64,000 nt of DNA from Auanema rhodensis (Eukaryota; Animalia; Nematoda): NCBI GenBank assembly GCA_964057225.1, contig OZ059897.1:1922001-1986000 (forward strand), given 5' to 3'. The translations under genes were made by a program, and so were the position numbers. The notes beneath the pieces were generated by a model. The model saw only the letters and a program-made list of their open reading frames with translations. It did not search any database and was not told the origin of the DNA. The first letter of the stretch is position 1. Every line of letters begins with the position of its first letter. Shown in pieces: positions 41,000 to 54,050 of the stretch.

Positions 41000-43700
41000 A
41001 GGGTGAAAATCGAGGATATAAGTGTGAACATATATCAGTTGATATCTCGGTGCATTTTTAAGCTAACTCAAATCTGATAACACAGATCGACGCAGCTTAA
41101 AAATCCGCATCGAATGCACTATACTACATTGAGAAACGCTTTATACAAAAATTAGTTATGATCGTATGAAAAATAATGCATTAGTGTATGTTGAGTTCCC
41201 ATGTACACTCAACATTGCTTCCAAAAACATTTTGACAAAAATTTTCCCGAAAAATTTCTAAATAATTTCACAAAAAGTAGATGTTTTTAGATTCCTTTTT
41301 TCAAGACGAATACGATGGACAATGTTTTTCAACGAAAAAATCATTTCTTCAGGGTGAAAATCGAGGATATAAGTGTGAACATATATCAGTTGATATCTCG
41401 GTGCATTTTTAAGCTAACTCAAATCTGATAACACAGATCGACGCAGCTTAAAAATCCGCATCGAATGCACTATACTACATTGAGAAACGCTCTATACAAA
41501 AATTAGTTATGATCGTTTGAAAAATAATGCATTAGTGTATGCTGAGTTCCCATGTACACTCAACATTGCTTCCAAAAACATTGTGACAAAAATTTTCCCG
41601 AAAAATTTCTAAATAATTTCACAAAAAATAGGAGTTTTTAGATTTCTTTTCTCAAGGCAAAGACGATGGACAATGTTATTCAACGAAAAAATTAATTCTT
41701 CAGGGTGAAAATCGAGGATATAAGTGTGAACCTATATCAGTTGATTACTCGGTGCATTTTTAAGCTAGCGCAAATCTGATAACACAGATCAACGCAGCTT
41801 AAAAATCCGCATCGAATGCACTATACTACATTGAGAAACGCTCCATACAAAAATTAGTTATGATCGTTTGAAAAATAATGCATTAGTGTATGTTGAGTTC
41901 CCATGTACACTCAACATTGCTTCCAAAAACATTTTGACAAAAATTTTCCCGAAAAATTTCTGAATAATTTCACAAAAAGTAGATGTTTTTAGATTCTTTT
42001 TTTCAAGACGAATACGATGGACAATGTTTTTCAACGAAAAAATCATTTCTTCAGGGTGAAAATCGAGGATATAAGTGTGAACATATATCAGTTGATATCT
42101 CGGTGCATTTTTAAGCTAACTCAAATCTGATAACACAGATCGACGCAGCTTAAAAATCCGCATCGAATGCACTATACTACATTGAGAAACGCTCTATACA
42201 AAAATTAGTTATGATCGTTTGAAAAATAATGCATTAGTGTATGCTGAGTTCCCATGTACACTCAACATTGCTTCCAAAAACATTGTGACAAAAATTTTAC
42301 CGAAAAATTTCTAAATAATTTCACAAAAAGTAGATGTTTTTAGATTCCTTTTTTCAAGACGAATACGATGGACAATGTTTTTCAACGAAAAAATCATTTC
42401 TTCAGGGTGAAAATCGAGGATATAAGTGTGAACATATATCAGTTGATATCTCGGTGCATTTTTAAGCTAACTCAAATCTGATAACACAGATCGACGCAGC
42501 TTAAAAATCCGCATCGAATGCACTATACTACATTGAGAAACGCTTTATACAAAAATTAGTTATGATCGTATGAAAAATAATGCATTAGTGTATGTTGAGT
42601 TCCCATGTACACTCAACATTGCTTCCAAAAACATTTTGACAAAAATTTTCCCGAAAAATTTCTAAATAATTTCACAAAAAGTAGATGTTTTTAGATTCCT
42701 TTTTTTAAGACGAATACGATGGACAATGTTTTTCAACGAAAAAATCATTTCTTCAGGGTGAAAATCGAGGATATAAGTGTGAACATATATCAGTTGATAT
42801 CTCGGTGCATTTTTAAGCTAACTCAAATCTGATAACACAGATCGACGCAGCTTAAAAATCCGCATCGAATGCACTATACTACATTGAGAAACGCTCTATA
42901 CAAAAATTAGTTATGATCGTTTGAAAAATAATGCATTAGTGTATGCTGAGTTCCCATGTACACTCAACATTGCTTCCAAAAACATTGTGACAAAAATTTT
43001 CCCGAAAAATTTCTAAATAATTTCACAAAAAGTAGGAGTTTTTAGATTTCTTTTCTCAAGGCAAAGACGATGGACAATGTTATTCAACGAAAAAATTAAT
43101 TCTTCAGGGTGAAAATCGAGGATATAAGTGTGAACCTATATCAGTTGATTACTCGGTGCATTTTTAAGCTAGCGCAAATCTGATAACACAGATCAACGCA
43201 GCTTAAAAATCCGCATCGAATGCACTATACTACATTGAGAAACGCTCCATACAAAAATTAGTTATGATCGTTCGAAAAATAATGCATTAGTGTATGTTGA
43301 GTTCCCATGTACACTCAACATTGCTTCCAAAAACATTTTGACAAAAATTTTCCCGAAAAATTTCTGAATAATTTCACAAAAAGTAGATGTTTTTAGATTC
43401 TTTTTTTCAAGACGAATACGATGGACAATGTTTTTCAACGAAAAAATCATTTCTTCAGGGTGAAAATCGAGGATATAAGTGTGAACATATATCAGTTGAT
43501 ATCTCGGTGCATTTTTAAGCTAACTCAAATCTGATAACACAGATCGACGCAGCTTAAAAATCCGCATCGAATGCACTATACTACATTGAGAAACGCTCTA
43601 TACAAAAATTAGTTATGATCGTTTGAAAAATAATGCATTAGTGTATGCTGAGTTCCCATGTACACTCAACATTGCTTCCAAAAACATTGTGACAAAAATT
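41000..43700 (+). repeat. 4-monomer higher-order repeat (1404 bp) x2
   Basis: The TTCTCAAGG allele is at 41651 and 43055, CTTTATAC at about 41140 and 42544, and ORFs at 41858 and 43262. Confidence 0.8.
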
Positions 43701-45759
43701 TTCCCGAAAAATTTCTAAATAATTTCACAAAAAGTAGGAGTTTTTAGATTCTTTTTTTCAAGACGAATACGATGGACAATGTTTTTCAACGAAAAAATCA
43801 TTTCTTCAGGGTGAAAATCGAGGATATAAGTGTGAACATATATCAGTTGATATCTCGGTGCATTTTTAAGCTAACTCAAATCTGATAACACAGATCGACG
43901 CAGCTTAAAAATCCGCATCGAATGCACTATACTACATCGAGAAACGCTCTATACAAAAATTAGTTATGATCGTTTGAAAAATAATGCATTAGTGTATGCT
44001 GAGTTCCCATGTACACTCAACACTGCTTCCAAAAACATTTTGACAAAAATTTTCCCGAAAAATTTCTAAATAATTTCACAAAAAGTAGATGTTTTTAGAT
44101 TCCTTTTTTCAAGACGAATACGATGGACAATGTTATTCAACGAAAAAATTAATTCTTCAGGGTGAAAATCGAGGATATAAGTGTGAACCTATATCAGTTG
44201 ATTACTCGGTGCATTTTTAAGCTAGCGCAAATCTGATAACACAGATCAACGCAGCTTAAAAATCCGCATCGAATGCACTATACTACATTGAGAAACGCTT
44301 TATACAAAAATTAGTTATGATCGTATGAAAAATAATGCATTAGTGTATGTTGAGTTCCCATGTACACTCAACATTGCTTCCAAAAACATTTTGACAAAAA
44401 TTTTCCCGAAAAATTTCTAAATAATTTCACAAAAAGTAGATGGTTTTAGATTCCTTTTTTCAAGACGAATACGATGGACAATGTTTTTCAACGAAAAAAT
44501 CATTTCTTCAGGGTGAAAATCGAGGATATAAGTGTGAACATATATCAGTTGATATCTCGGTGCATTTTTAAGCTAACTCAAATCTGATAACACAGATCGA
44601 CGCAGCTTAAAAATCCGCATCGAATGCACTATACTACATTGAGAAACGCTCTATACAAAAATTAGTTATGATCGTTTGAAAAATAATGCATTAGTGTATG
44701 CTGAGTTCCCATGTACACTCAACATTGCTTCCAAAAACATTGTGACAAAAATTTTCCCGAAAAATTTCTAAATAATTTCACAAAAAGTAGGAGTTTTTAG
44801 ATTCCTTTTTTCAAGACGAATACGATGGACAATGTTTTTCAACGAAAAAATCATTTCTTCAGGGTGAAAATCGAGGATATAAGTGTGAACATATATCAGT
44901 TGATATCTCGGTGCATTTTTAAGCTAACTCAAATCTGATAACACAGATCGACGCAGCTTAAAAATCCGCATCGAATGCACTATACTACATTGAGAAACGC
45001 TCTATACAAAAATTAGTTATGATCGTTTGAAAAATAATGCATTAGTGTATGCTGAGTTCCCATGTACACTCAACATTGCTTCCAAAAACATTTTGACAAA
45101 AATTTTCCCGAAAAATTTCTAAATAATTTCACAAAAAGTAGATGTTTTTAGATTCCTTTTTTCAAGACGAATACGATGGACAATGTTTTTCAACGAAAAA
45201 ATCATTTCTTCAGGGTGAAAATCGAGGATATAAGTGTGAACATATATCAGTTGATATCTCGGTGCATTTTTAAGCTAACTCAAATCTGATAACACAGATC
45301 GACGCAGCTTAAAAATCCGCATCGAATGCACTATACTACATTGAGAAACGCTCTATACAAAAATTAGTTATGATCGTTTGAAAAATAATGCATTAGTGTA
45401 TGCTGAGTTCCCATGTACACTCAACATTGCTTCCAAAAACATTGTGACAAAAATTTTCCCGAAAAATTTCTAAATAATTTCACAAAAAGTAGGAGTTTTT
45501 AGATTTCTTTTTTCAAGGCAAAGACAATGGACAATGTTATTCAACGAAAAAATTAATTCTTCAGGGTGAAAATCGAGGATATAAGTGTGAACCTATATCA
45601 GTTGATTACTCGGTGCATTTTTAAGCTAGCGCAAATCTGATAACACAGATCAACGCAGCTTAAAAATCCGCATCGAATGCACTATACTACATTGAGAAAC
45701 GCTCCATACAAAAATTAGTTATGATCGTTTGAAAAATAATGCATTAGTGTATGTTGAGT

Positions 45760-47260
45760 TCCCATGTACACTCAACATTGCTTCCAAAAACATTGTGACA
45801 AAAATTTTCCCGAAAAATTTCTAAATAATTTCACAAAAAGTAGGAGTTTTTAGATTCCTTTTTTCAAGACGAATACGATGGACAATGTTTTTCAACGAAA
45901 AAATCATTTCTTCAGGGTGAAAATCGAGGATATAAGTGTGAACATATATCAGTTGATATCTCGGTGCATTTTTAAGCTAACTCAAATCTGATAACACAGA
46001 TCGACGCAGCTTAAAAATCCGCATCGATAGCACTATACTACATTGAGAAACGCTCTATACAAAAATTAGTTATGATCGTTTGAAAAATAATGCATTAGTG
46101 TATGCTGAGTTCCCATGTACACTCAACATTGCTTCCAAAAACATTTTGACAAAAATTTTCCCGAAAAATTTCTAAATAATTTCACAAAAAGTAGATGTTT
46201 TTAGATTCCTTTTTTCAATACGAATACGATGGACAATGTTTTTCAACGAAAAAATCATTTCTTCAGGGTGAAAATCGAGGATATAAGTGTGAACATATAT
46301 CAGTTGATATCTCGGTGCATTTTTAAGCTAACTCAAATCTGATAACACAGATCGACGCAGCTTAAAAATCCGCATCGAATGCACTATACTACATTGAGAA
46401 ACGCTCTATACAAAAATTAGTTATGATCGTTTGAAAAATAATGCATTAGTGTATGCTGAGTTCCCATGTACACTCAACATTGCTTCCAAAAACATTGTGA
46501 CAAAAATTTTCCCGAAAAATTTCTAAATAATTTCACAAAAAGTAGGAGTTTTTAGATTCCTTTTTTCAAGACGAATACGATGGACAATGTTTTTCAACGA
46601 AAAAATCATTTCTTCAGGGTGAAAATCGAGGATATAAGTGTGAACATATATCAGTTGATATCTCGGTGCATTTTTAAGCTAACTCAAATCTGATAACACA
46701 GATCGACGCAGCTTAAAAATCCGCATCGATAGCACTATACTACATTGAGAAACGCTCTATACAAAAATTAGTTATGATCGTTTGAAAAATAATGCATTAG
46801 TGTATGCTGAGTTCCCATGTACACTCAACATTGCTTCCAAAAACATTTTGACAAAAATTTTCCCGAAAAATTTCTAAATAATTTCACAAAAAGTAGATGT
46901 TTTTAGATTCCTTTTTTCAATACGAATACGATGGACAATGTTTTTCAACGAAAAAATCATTTCTTCAGGGTGAAAATCGAGGATATAAGTGTGAACATAT
47001 ATCAGTTGATATCTCGGTGCATTTTTAAGCTAACTCAAATCTGATAACACAGATCGACGCAGCTTAAAAATCCGCATCGAATGCACTATACTACATTGAG
47101 AAACGCTCTATACAAAAATTAGTTATGATCGTTTGAAAAATAATGCATTAGTGTATGCTGAGTTCCCATGTACACTCAACATTGCTTCCAAAAACATTGT
47201 GACAAAAATTTTCCCGAAAAATTTCTAAATAATTTCACAAAAAGTAGGAGTTTTTAGATT
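45760..47260 (+). repeat. 2-monomer higher-order repeat (702 bp) x2
   Basis: Private alleles CGATAGC at 46028/46730 and TTCAATAC at 46219/46921. Confidence 0.85.
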
Positions 47261-50129
47261 TCTTTTTTCAAGGCAAAGACAATGGACAATGTTATTCAAC
47301 GAAAAAATTAATTCTTCAGGGTGAAAATCGAGGATATAAGTGTGAACCTATATCAGTTGATTACTCGGTGCATTTTTAAGCTAGCGCAAATCTGATAACA
47401 CAGATCAACGCAGCTTAAAAATCCGCATCGAATGCACTATACTACATTGAGAAACGCTCCATACAAAAATTAGTTATGATCGTTTGAAAAATAATGCATT
47501 AGTGTATGTTGAGTTCCCATGTACACTCAACATTGCTTCCAAAAACATTTTGACAAAAATTTTCCCGAAAAATTTCTGAATAATTTCACAAAAAGTAGAT
47601 GTTTTTAGATTTTTTTTTTCAAGACGAATACGATGGACAATGTTTTTCAACGAAAAAATCATTTCTTCAGGGTGAAAATCGAGGATATAAGTGTGAACAT
47701 ATATCAGTTGATATCTCGGTGCATTTTTAAGCTAACTCAAATCTGATAACACAGATCGACGCAGCTTAAAAATCCGCATCGAATGCACTATACTACATTG
47801 AGAAACGCTCTATACAAAAATTAGTTAAGATCGTTTGAAAAATAATGCATTAGTGTATGCTGAGTTCCCATGTACACTCAACATTGCTTCCAAAAACATT
47901 GTGACAAAAATTTTCCCGAAAAATTTCTAAATAATTTCACAAATAGTAGATGTTTTTAGATTCCTTTTTTCAAGGCAAAGACGATGGACAATGTTATTCA
48001 ACGAAAAAATTAATTCTTCAGGGTGAAAATCGAGGATATAAGTGTGAACCTATATCAGTTGATATCTCGGTGCATTTTCAAGCTAGCGCAAATCTGATAA
48101 CACAGATCGACGCAGCTTAAAAATCCGCATCGAATGCACTATACTACATTGATAAACGCTTAATACAAAAATTAGTTATGATCGTTTGAAAAATAATGCA
48201 TTAGTGTATGTTGAGTTCCCATGTACACTCAACATTGCTTCCAAAAACATTTTGACAAAAATTACCCGAAAAATTTCTAAATAATTTCACAAAAAGTAGA
48301 TGTTTTTAGATTCCTTTTTTCAAGACGAAGACGATGGACAATGTTATTCAACGAAAAAATCATTTCTTCAGGGTGAAAATCGAGGATATAAGCGTGAACA
48401 TATATCAGTTGATATCTCGGTGCATTTTTAAGCTAACTCAAATCTGATAACACAGATCAACGCAGCTTAAAAATCCGCATCGACAGCACTATACTACATT
48501 GAGAAACGCTCTATACGAAAATTAGTTATGATCGTTTGAAAAATAATGCATTAGTGTATGCTGAGTTCCCATGTACACTCAACATTGCTTCCAAAAACAT
48601 TGTGACAAAAATTTTCCCGAAAAATTTCTAAATAATTTTACAAAAAGTAGATGTTTTTAGATTTCTTTTTTCAAGGCAAAGACGATGGACAATGTTATTC
48701 AACGAAAAAATTAATTCTTCAGGGTGAAAATCGAGGATATAAGTGTGAACCTATATCAGTTGATTACTCGGTGCATTTTTAAGCTAGCGCAAATCTGATA
48801 ACACAGATCAACGCAGCTTAAAAATCCGCATCGAATGCACTATACTACAATGAGAAACGCTCTATACAAAAATTAGTTATGATCGTTTGAAAAATAATGC
48901 ATTAGTGTATGTTGAGTTCCCATGTACACTCAACATTGCTTCCAAAAACATTTTGACAAAAATTTACCCGAAAAATTTCTAAATAATTTCACAAAAAGTA
49001 GATGTTTTTAGATTTTTTTTTTCAAGGCAAAGACGATGGACAATGTTATTCAACGAAAAATATAATTCTTCAGGGTGAAAATCGAGGATATAAGTGTGAA
49101 CCTATATCAGTTGATTACTCGGTGCATTTTTAAGCTAGCGCAAATCTGATAACACAGATCAACGCAGCTTAAAAATCCGCATCGAATGCACTATACTACA
49201 ATGAGAAACGCTCTATACAAAAATTAGTTATGATCGTTTGAAAAATAATGCATTAGTGTATGCTGAGTTCCCATGTACACTCAACATTGCTTCCAAAAAC
49301 ATTGTGACAAAAATTTTCCCGAAAAATTTCTAAATAATTTCACAAAAAGTAGATATTTTTAGATTCCTTTTTTCAAGGCAAAGACGATGGACAATGTTAT
49401 TCAACGAAAAAATTAATTCTTCAGGGTGAAAATCGAGGATATAAGTGTGAACCTATATCAGTTGATATCTCGGTGCATTTTTAAGCTAACTCAAATCTGA
49501 TAACACAGATCGACGCAGCTTAAAAATCCGCATCGAATGCACTATACTACATTGAGAAACGCTCTATACAAAAATTAGTTAAGATCGTTTGAAAAATAAT
49601 GCATTAGTGTATGCTGAGTTCCCATGTACACTCAACATTGCTTCCAAAAACATTGTGACAAAAATTTTCCCGAAAAATTTCTAAATAATTTCACAAAAAG
49701 TAGATATTTTTAGATTCCTTTTTTCAAAGCAAAGACGATGGACAATGTTATTCAACGAAAAAATTAATTCTTCAGGGTGAAAATCGAGGATATAAGTGTG
49801 AACCTATATCAGTTGATATCTCGGTGCATTTTTAAGTTAACTCAAATCTGATAACACAGATCAACGCAGCTTAAAAATCCGCCTCGAATGCACTATACTA
49901 CAATGAGAAACGCTCTATACAAAAATTAGTTATGATCGTTTGAAAAATAATGCATTAGTGTATGTTGAGTTCCCATGTACACTCAACATTGCTTCCAAAA
50001 ACATTTTGACAAAAATTTTCCCGAAAAATTTCTAAATAATTTCACAAAAAGTAGATGTTTTTAGATTTCTTTTTTCAAGACGAAGACGATGGACAATGTT
50101 ATTCAACGAAAAAATCATTTCTTCAGGGT

Positions 50130-52170
50130 GAAAATCGAGGATATAAGTGTGAACCTATATCAGTTGATATCTCGGTGCATTTTCAAGCTAGCGCAAATCT
50201 GATAACACAGATCGACGCAGCTTAAAAATCCGCATCGAATGCACTATACTACATTGATAAACGCTTAATACAAAAATTAGTTATGATCGTTTGAAAAATA
50301 ATGCATTAGTGTATGTTGAGTTCCCATGTACACTCAACATTGCTTCCAAAAACATTTTGACAAAAATTTTCCCGAAAAATTTCTAAATAATTTCACAAAA
50401 AGTAGATGTTTTTAGATTCCTTTTTTCAAGACGAAGACGATGGACAATGTTATTCAACGAAAAAATCATTTCTTCAGGGTGAAAATCGAGGATATAAGCG
50501 TGAACATATATCAGTTGATATCTCGGTGCATTTTTAAGCTAACTCAAATCTGATAACACAGATCAACGCAGCTTAAAAATCCGCATCGACAGCACTATAC
50601 TACATTGAGAAACGCTCTATACGAAAATTAGTTATGATCGTTTGAAAAATAATGCATTAGTGTATGCTGAGTTCCCATGTACACTCAACATTGCTTCCAA
50701 AAACATTGTGACAAAAATTTTCCCGAAAAATTTCTAAATAATTTTACAAAAAGTAGATGTTTTTAGATTTCTTTTTTCAAGGCAAAGACGATGGACAATG
50801 TTATTCAACGAAAAAATTAATTCTTCAGGGTGAAAATCGAGGATATAAGTGTGAACCTATATCAGTTGATTACTCGGTGCATTTTTAAGCTAGCGCAAAT
50901 CTGATAACACAGATCAACGCAGCTTAAAAATCCGCATCGAATGCACTATACTACAATGAGAAACGCTCTATACAAAAATTAGTTATGATCGTTTGAAAAA
51001 TAATGCATTAGTGTATGTTGAGTTCCCATGTACACTCAACATTGCTTCCAAAAACATTTTGACAAAAATTTTCCCGAAAAATTTCTAAATAATTTCACAA
51101 AAAGTAGATGTTTTTAGATTTCTTTTTTCAAGGCAAAGACGATGGACAATGTTATTCAACGAAAAAATCATTTCTTCAGGGTGAAAATCGAGGATATAAG
51201 TGTGAACCTATATCAGTTGATATCTCGGTGCATTTTCAAGCTAGCGCAAATCTGATAACACAGATCGACGCAGCTTAAAAATCCGCATCGAATGCACTAT
51301 ACTACATTGATAAACGCTTAATACAAAAATTAGTTATGATCGTTTGAAAAATAATGCATTAGTGTATGTTGAGTTCCCATGTACACTCAACATTGCTTCC
51401 AAAAACATTTTGACAAAAATTTTCCCGAAAAATTTCTAAATAATTTCACAAAAAGTAGATGTTTTTAGATTCCTTTTTTCAAGACGAAGACGATGGACAA
51501 TGTTATTCAACGAAAAAATCATTTCTTCAGGGTGAAAATCGAGGATATAAGCGTGAACATATATCAGTTGATATCTCGGTGCATTTTTAAGCTAACTCAA
51601 ATCTGATAACACAGATCAACGCAGCTTAAAAATCCGCATCGACAGCACTATACTACATTGAGAAACGCTCTATACGAAAATTAGTTATGATCGTTTGAAA
51701 AATAATGCATTAGTGTATGCTGAGTTCCCATGTACACTCAACATTGCTTCCAAAAACATTGTGACAAAAATTTTCCCGAAAAATTTCTAAATAATTTTAC
51801 AAAAAGTAGATGTTTTTAGATTTCTTTTTTCAAGGCAAAGACGATGGACAATGTTATTCAACGAAAAAATTAATTCTTCAGGGTGAAAATCGAGGATATA
51901 AGTGTGAACCTATATCAGTTGATTACTCGGTGCATTTTTAAGCTAGCGCAAATCTGATAACACAGATCAACGCAGCTTAAAAATCCGCATCGAATGCACT
52001 ATACTACAATGAGAAACGCTCTATACAAAAATTAGTTATGATCGTTTGAAAAATAATGCATTAGTGTATGTTGAGTTCCCATGTACACTCAACATTGCTT
52101 CCAAAAACATTTTGACAAAAATTTTCCCGAAAAATTTCTAAATAATTTCACAAAAAGTAGATGTTTTTAG
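50130..52170 (+). repeat. 3-monomer higher-order repeat x2 directly upstream of the inversion
   Basis: CTTAATAC at 50264/51317, GACAGCAC at about 50588/51641, ACAATGAG at about 50953/52006. Confidence 0.85.
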
Positions 52171-52288
52171 ATTTTTTTTTTCAAGGCAAAGACGATGGAC
52201 AATGTTATTCAACGAAAAATATAATTCTTCAGGGTGAAAATCGAGGATATAAGTGTGAACCTATATCAGTTGATTACTCGGTGCATTT

Positions 52289-52297
52289 GCATTGTGC
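52289..52297. other. Inversion junction with 9-bp non-register filler GCATTGTGC
   Basis: The forward monomer stops at ...TCGGTGCATTT (monomer position about 341). The inverted monomer starts at AACATTGTCC (reverse complement of monomer positions 250-259). The intervening GCATTGTGC continues neither arm. Confidence 0.93.
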
Positions 52298-52639
52298 AAC
52301 ATTGTCCAATGTCTTCGCTTTGAAAAAAGAAGTCTAAAAACTCCTACTTTTTGTGAAATTATTTAGAAATTTTTCGGGAAAATTTTTGTCACAATGTTTT
52401 TGGAAGCAATGTTGAGTGTACATGGGAACTCAGCATACACTAATGCATTATTTTTCAAACGATCATAACTAATTTTTGTATAGAGCGTTTCTCAATGTAG
52501 TATAGTGCATTCGATGCGGATTTTTAAGCTGCGTCGATCTGTGTTATCAGATTTGAGTTAGCTTAAAAATGCACCGAGATATCAACTGATATATGTTCAC
52601 ACTTATATCCTCGATTTTCACCCTGAAGAAATGATTTTT

Positions 52640-54050
52640 TCGTTGAAAAACATTGTCCATCGTATTCGTCTTGAAAAAAGGAATCTAAAAACATCTACTT
52701 TTTGTGAAATTATTTAGAAATTTTTCGGGAAAATTTTTGTCAAAATGTTTTTGGAAGCAGTGTTGAGTGTACATGGGAACTCAGCATACACTAATGCATT
52801 ATTTTTCAAACGATCATAACTAATTTTTGTATAGAGCGTTTCTCGATGTAGTATAGTGCATTCGATGCGGATTTTTAAGCTGCGTCGATCTGTGTTATCA
52901 GATTTGAGTTAGCTTAAAAATGCACCGAGATATCAACTGATATATGTTCACACTTATATCCTCGATTTTCACCCTGAAGAAATGATTTTTTCGTTGAAAA
53001 ACATTGTCCATCGTATTCGTCTTGAAAAAAGGAATCTAAAAACATCTACTTTTTGTGAAATTATTCAGAAATTTTTCGGGAAAATTTTTGTCAAAATGTT
53101 TTTGGAAGCAATGTTGAGTGTACATGGGAACTCAACATACACTAATGCATTATTTTTCAAACGATCATAACTAATTTTTGTATGGAGCGTTTCTCAATGT
53201 AGTATAGTGCATTCGATGCGGATTTTTAAGCTGCGTTGATCTGTGTTATCAGATTTGCGCTAGCTTAAAAATGCACCGAGTAATCAACTGATATAGGTTC
53301 ACACTTATATCCTCGATTTTCACCCTGAAGAATTAATTTTTTCGTTGAATAACATTGTCCATCGTATTCGTCTTGAAAAAAGGAATCTAAAAACATCTAC
53401 TTTTTGTGAAATTATTTAGAAATTTTTCGGGAAAATTTTTGTCAAAATGTTTTTGGAAGCAGTGTTGAGTGTACATGGGAACTCAGCATACACTAATGCA
53501 TTATTTTTCAAACGATCATAACTAATTTTTGTATAGAGCGTTTCTCGATATAGTATAGTGCATTCGATGCGGATTTTTAAGCTGCGTCGATCTGTGTTAT
53601 CAGATTTGAGTTAGCTTAAAAATGCACCGAGATATCAACTGATATATGTTCACACTTATATCCTCGATTTTCACCCTGAAGAAATGATTTTTTCGTTGAA
53701 AAACATTGTCCATCGTATTCGTCTTGAAAAAAGGAATCTAAAAACATCTACTTTTTGTGAAATTATTCAGAAATTTTTCGGGAAAATTTTTGTCAAAATG
53801 TTTTTGGAAGCAATGTTGAGTGTACATGGGAACTCAACATACACTAATGCATTATTTTTCAAACGATCATAACTAATTTTTGTATGGAGCGTTTCTCAAT
53901 GTAGTATAGTGCATTCGATGCGGATTTTTAAGCTGCGTTGATCTGTGTTATCAGATTTGCGCTAGCTTAAAAATGCACCGAGTAATCAACTGATATAGGT
54001 TCACACTTATATCCTCGATTTTCACCCTGAAGAATTAATTTTTTCGTTGA
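52640..54050 (-). repeat. 2-monomer duplication in the junction-proximal inverted arm
   Basis: Rare SNPs at 52760/53462 and 52845/53547, and ORFs at 52982/53684, all 702 bp apart. Confidence 0.8.

Larger units (their letters stand above)
1..52288 (+). repeat. Satellite DNA tandem array, 351-bp monomer, about 149 head-to-tail copies (forward arm; runs off the window start)
   Basis: TCAAATCTGATAACACAGAT recurs at 1, 7021, 14041, 21061, 28081, 35101 and 42121, i.e. every 20 x 351 bp. Monomers differ by only a few substitutions. The register shifts once, by 1 bp, near 48263. Confidence 0.99.

Noticed and set aside
52207-52400. Fold-back sequencing or amplification artefact as the cause of the inversion
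   Set aside because: The arms are not mirror copies at SNP level and the inverted arm has its own subfamily and duplications. A contig mis-join still needs read-level exclusion.
52631-52981. 351 = 117 codons, and one frame has only TAA/TAG stops, so it would be open under the ciliate code (table 6) as a giant repeat protein
   Set aside because: The common GATCAAC allele creates an in-frame TGA in many monomers. Lack of TGA in one of six frames is expected by chance at this composition, and the mid-array inversion is incompatible with one CDS.
1493-53872. Repeated 62-aa ORF MIFSLKNIVHRIRLEK...
   Set aside because: It appears only in monomers where one SNP changes TAG to CAG. It has no recognisable domain and flips strand with the array, so it is a by-product of the satellite.
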